Shown here in pieces: positions 63,351 to 64,000 of a DNA stretch of 64,000 nt (its first letter is position 1; each line of letters opens with the position of its first letter). The notes under the pieces were generated by a model, which worked only from the letters and a program-made list of their open reading frames with translations, was not told the origin of the DNA and did no database searches. The DNA comes from an uncultured virus (IMG/VR IMGVR_UViG_3300034684_000231) (Duplodnaviria; Heunggongvirae; Uroviricota; Caudoviricetes). The translations under genes were made by a program, and so were the position numbers. The DNA is taken from the IMG/VR virus record IMGVR_UViG_3300034684_000231; one strand, given 5' to 3'.

Positions 63351-64000
63351 TTATTTAAGAATGTTGCCAAGTGTTCGTTTGATGTCTGTTTCAGAATAAT
63401 ATTTTCTGCCATATCTGTTATATCCAAGCTATACAACAGCAAGCATCTTACGTTGTGTAATTGACAATTTGTTACTTGATACAGTCTTTTTGCCACTCAT
63501 TACTTGATCAAGAAAATAAGGAGTTGAATCTGTTCCTAGTGTTAGGCCCTTTGGAATCCTAAAGAATGAACACATTAATTCATATTCCCTTACAGCAAAG
63601 AACCATACTATATGTTCCCATACTGTAATGAGTGGTATCCACTTGAATGGATACCAACTAAAGTTAAATCCCCAAAACGAAAAACTAAATCCTATATTCC
63701 TAATTTTGCCTAATATCCAGTTCATAATTTGTTCAAACGGCAATATAGTCCATGAACCAAAGATCCTAATGATATCAAGTTTTGCTTCAAAGTTCATTAA
63801 TAATTTCCAAAATAATATTTGGAACCAATCAACATTGAATACACAATCTAGAGATGGAGCTTCAACCGGCTTTACATTTGCAAGTTTTACGCCGGTTGAC
63901 TTTTCCTATACGCGAATCTATTTTAATCCTTGTTTAACGCTCTTAGTATTTCCAGCATGTCTAGTTATATCTTTTTTAAATTGTCTAAATGTACCGTTAT
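63351..64000 (-). CDS. 3' part of a hypothetical protein with an aromatic/hydrophobic segment
   Basis: Frame open (TAG only) from the right edge through ORF 63429-63797 to TAA at 63351-63353. Confidence 0.65.

Noticed and set aside
1..64000. Decayed prophage / mass pseudogenisation or sequencing error
   Set aside because: The interruptions I translated are exclusively TAG, with no frameshifts or internal TAA/TGA. SD sites, gene overlaps and catalytic motifs are intact.
1..64000. Default assumption TAG=Gln (code 15), or pyrrolysine
   Set aside because: Most informative columns align to Ala or other small residues and lie in hydrophobic runs. Only a few fit Gln. No pyl genes are present and a bulky Pyl is implausible at conserved Ala positions. 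Gln is disfavoured, not formally excluded.

Overview
This is a 64 kb segment of a large, AT-rich (roughly one-third GC by eye) tailed phage genome. It covers the virion morphogenesis module of a contractile-tailed (myovirus-type) phage. Almost all genes are on the minus strand, in this order: portal, prohead protease/scaffold, capsid decoration-like protein, major capsid, neck/tail completion, sheath, six tail-tube-like paralogues, chaperones, three >2000-aa proteins, baseplate and fibres. A plus-strand cassette interrupts them at 17.5-22.6 kb. The supplied ORF track is fragmented because TAG is not a stop codon here. When TAG is read as sense, the fragments join into long, SD-preceded, tightly packed genes that all end in TAA or TGA. 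The residue TAG stands in for at conserved positions is usually ALANINE, not the glutamine known from recoded phages. Examples are ADL*EY, NAYT*SKLET*RTI, PANG*, and F-x-*-R against F-x-A-R in the window's own tube paralogues. This points to a UAG=Ala code in a phage. The second highlight lies inside the fibre cluster: a 624-aa protein with about 88 cysteines in CxCxxxC repeats sits directly upstream of a radical SAM/SPASM enzyme. Also seen are ambers confined to the 5' ends of the most abundant virion genes and a candidate late-promoter motif, TTGTTAATTCA. Gene boundaries were derived by hand with TAG read through ('*' = TAG). Interiors of the largest genes were checked by frame concordance of the ORF fragments, not codon by codon. 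No tRNA, RT, CRISPR array or integrase was recognised.
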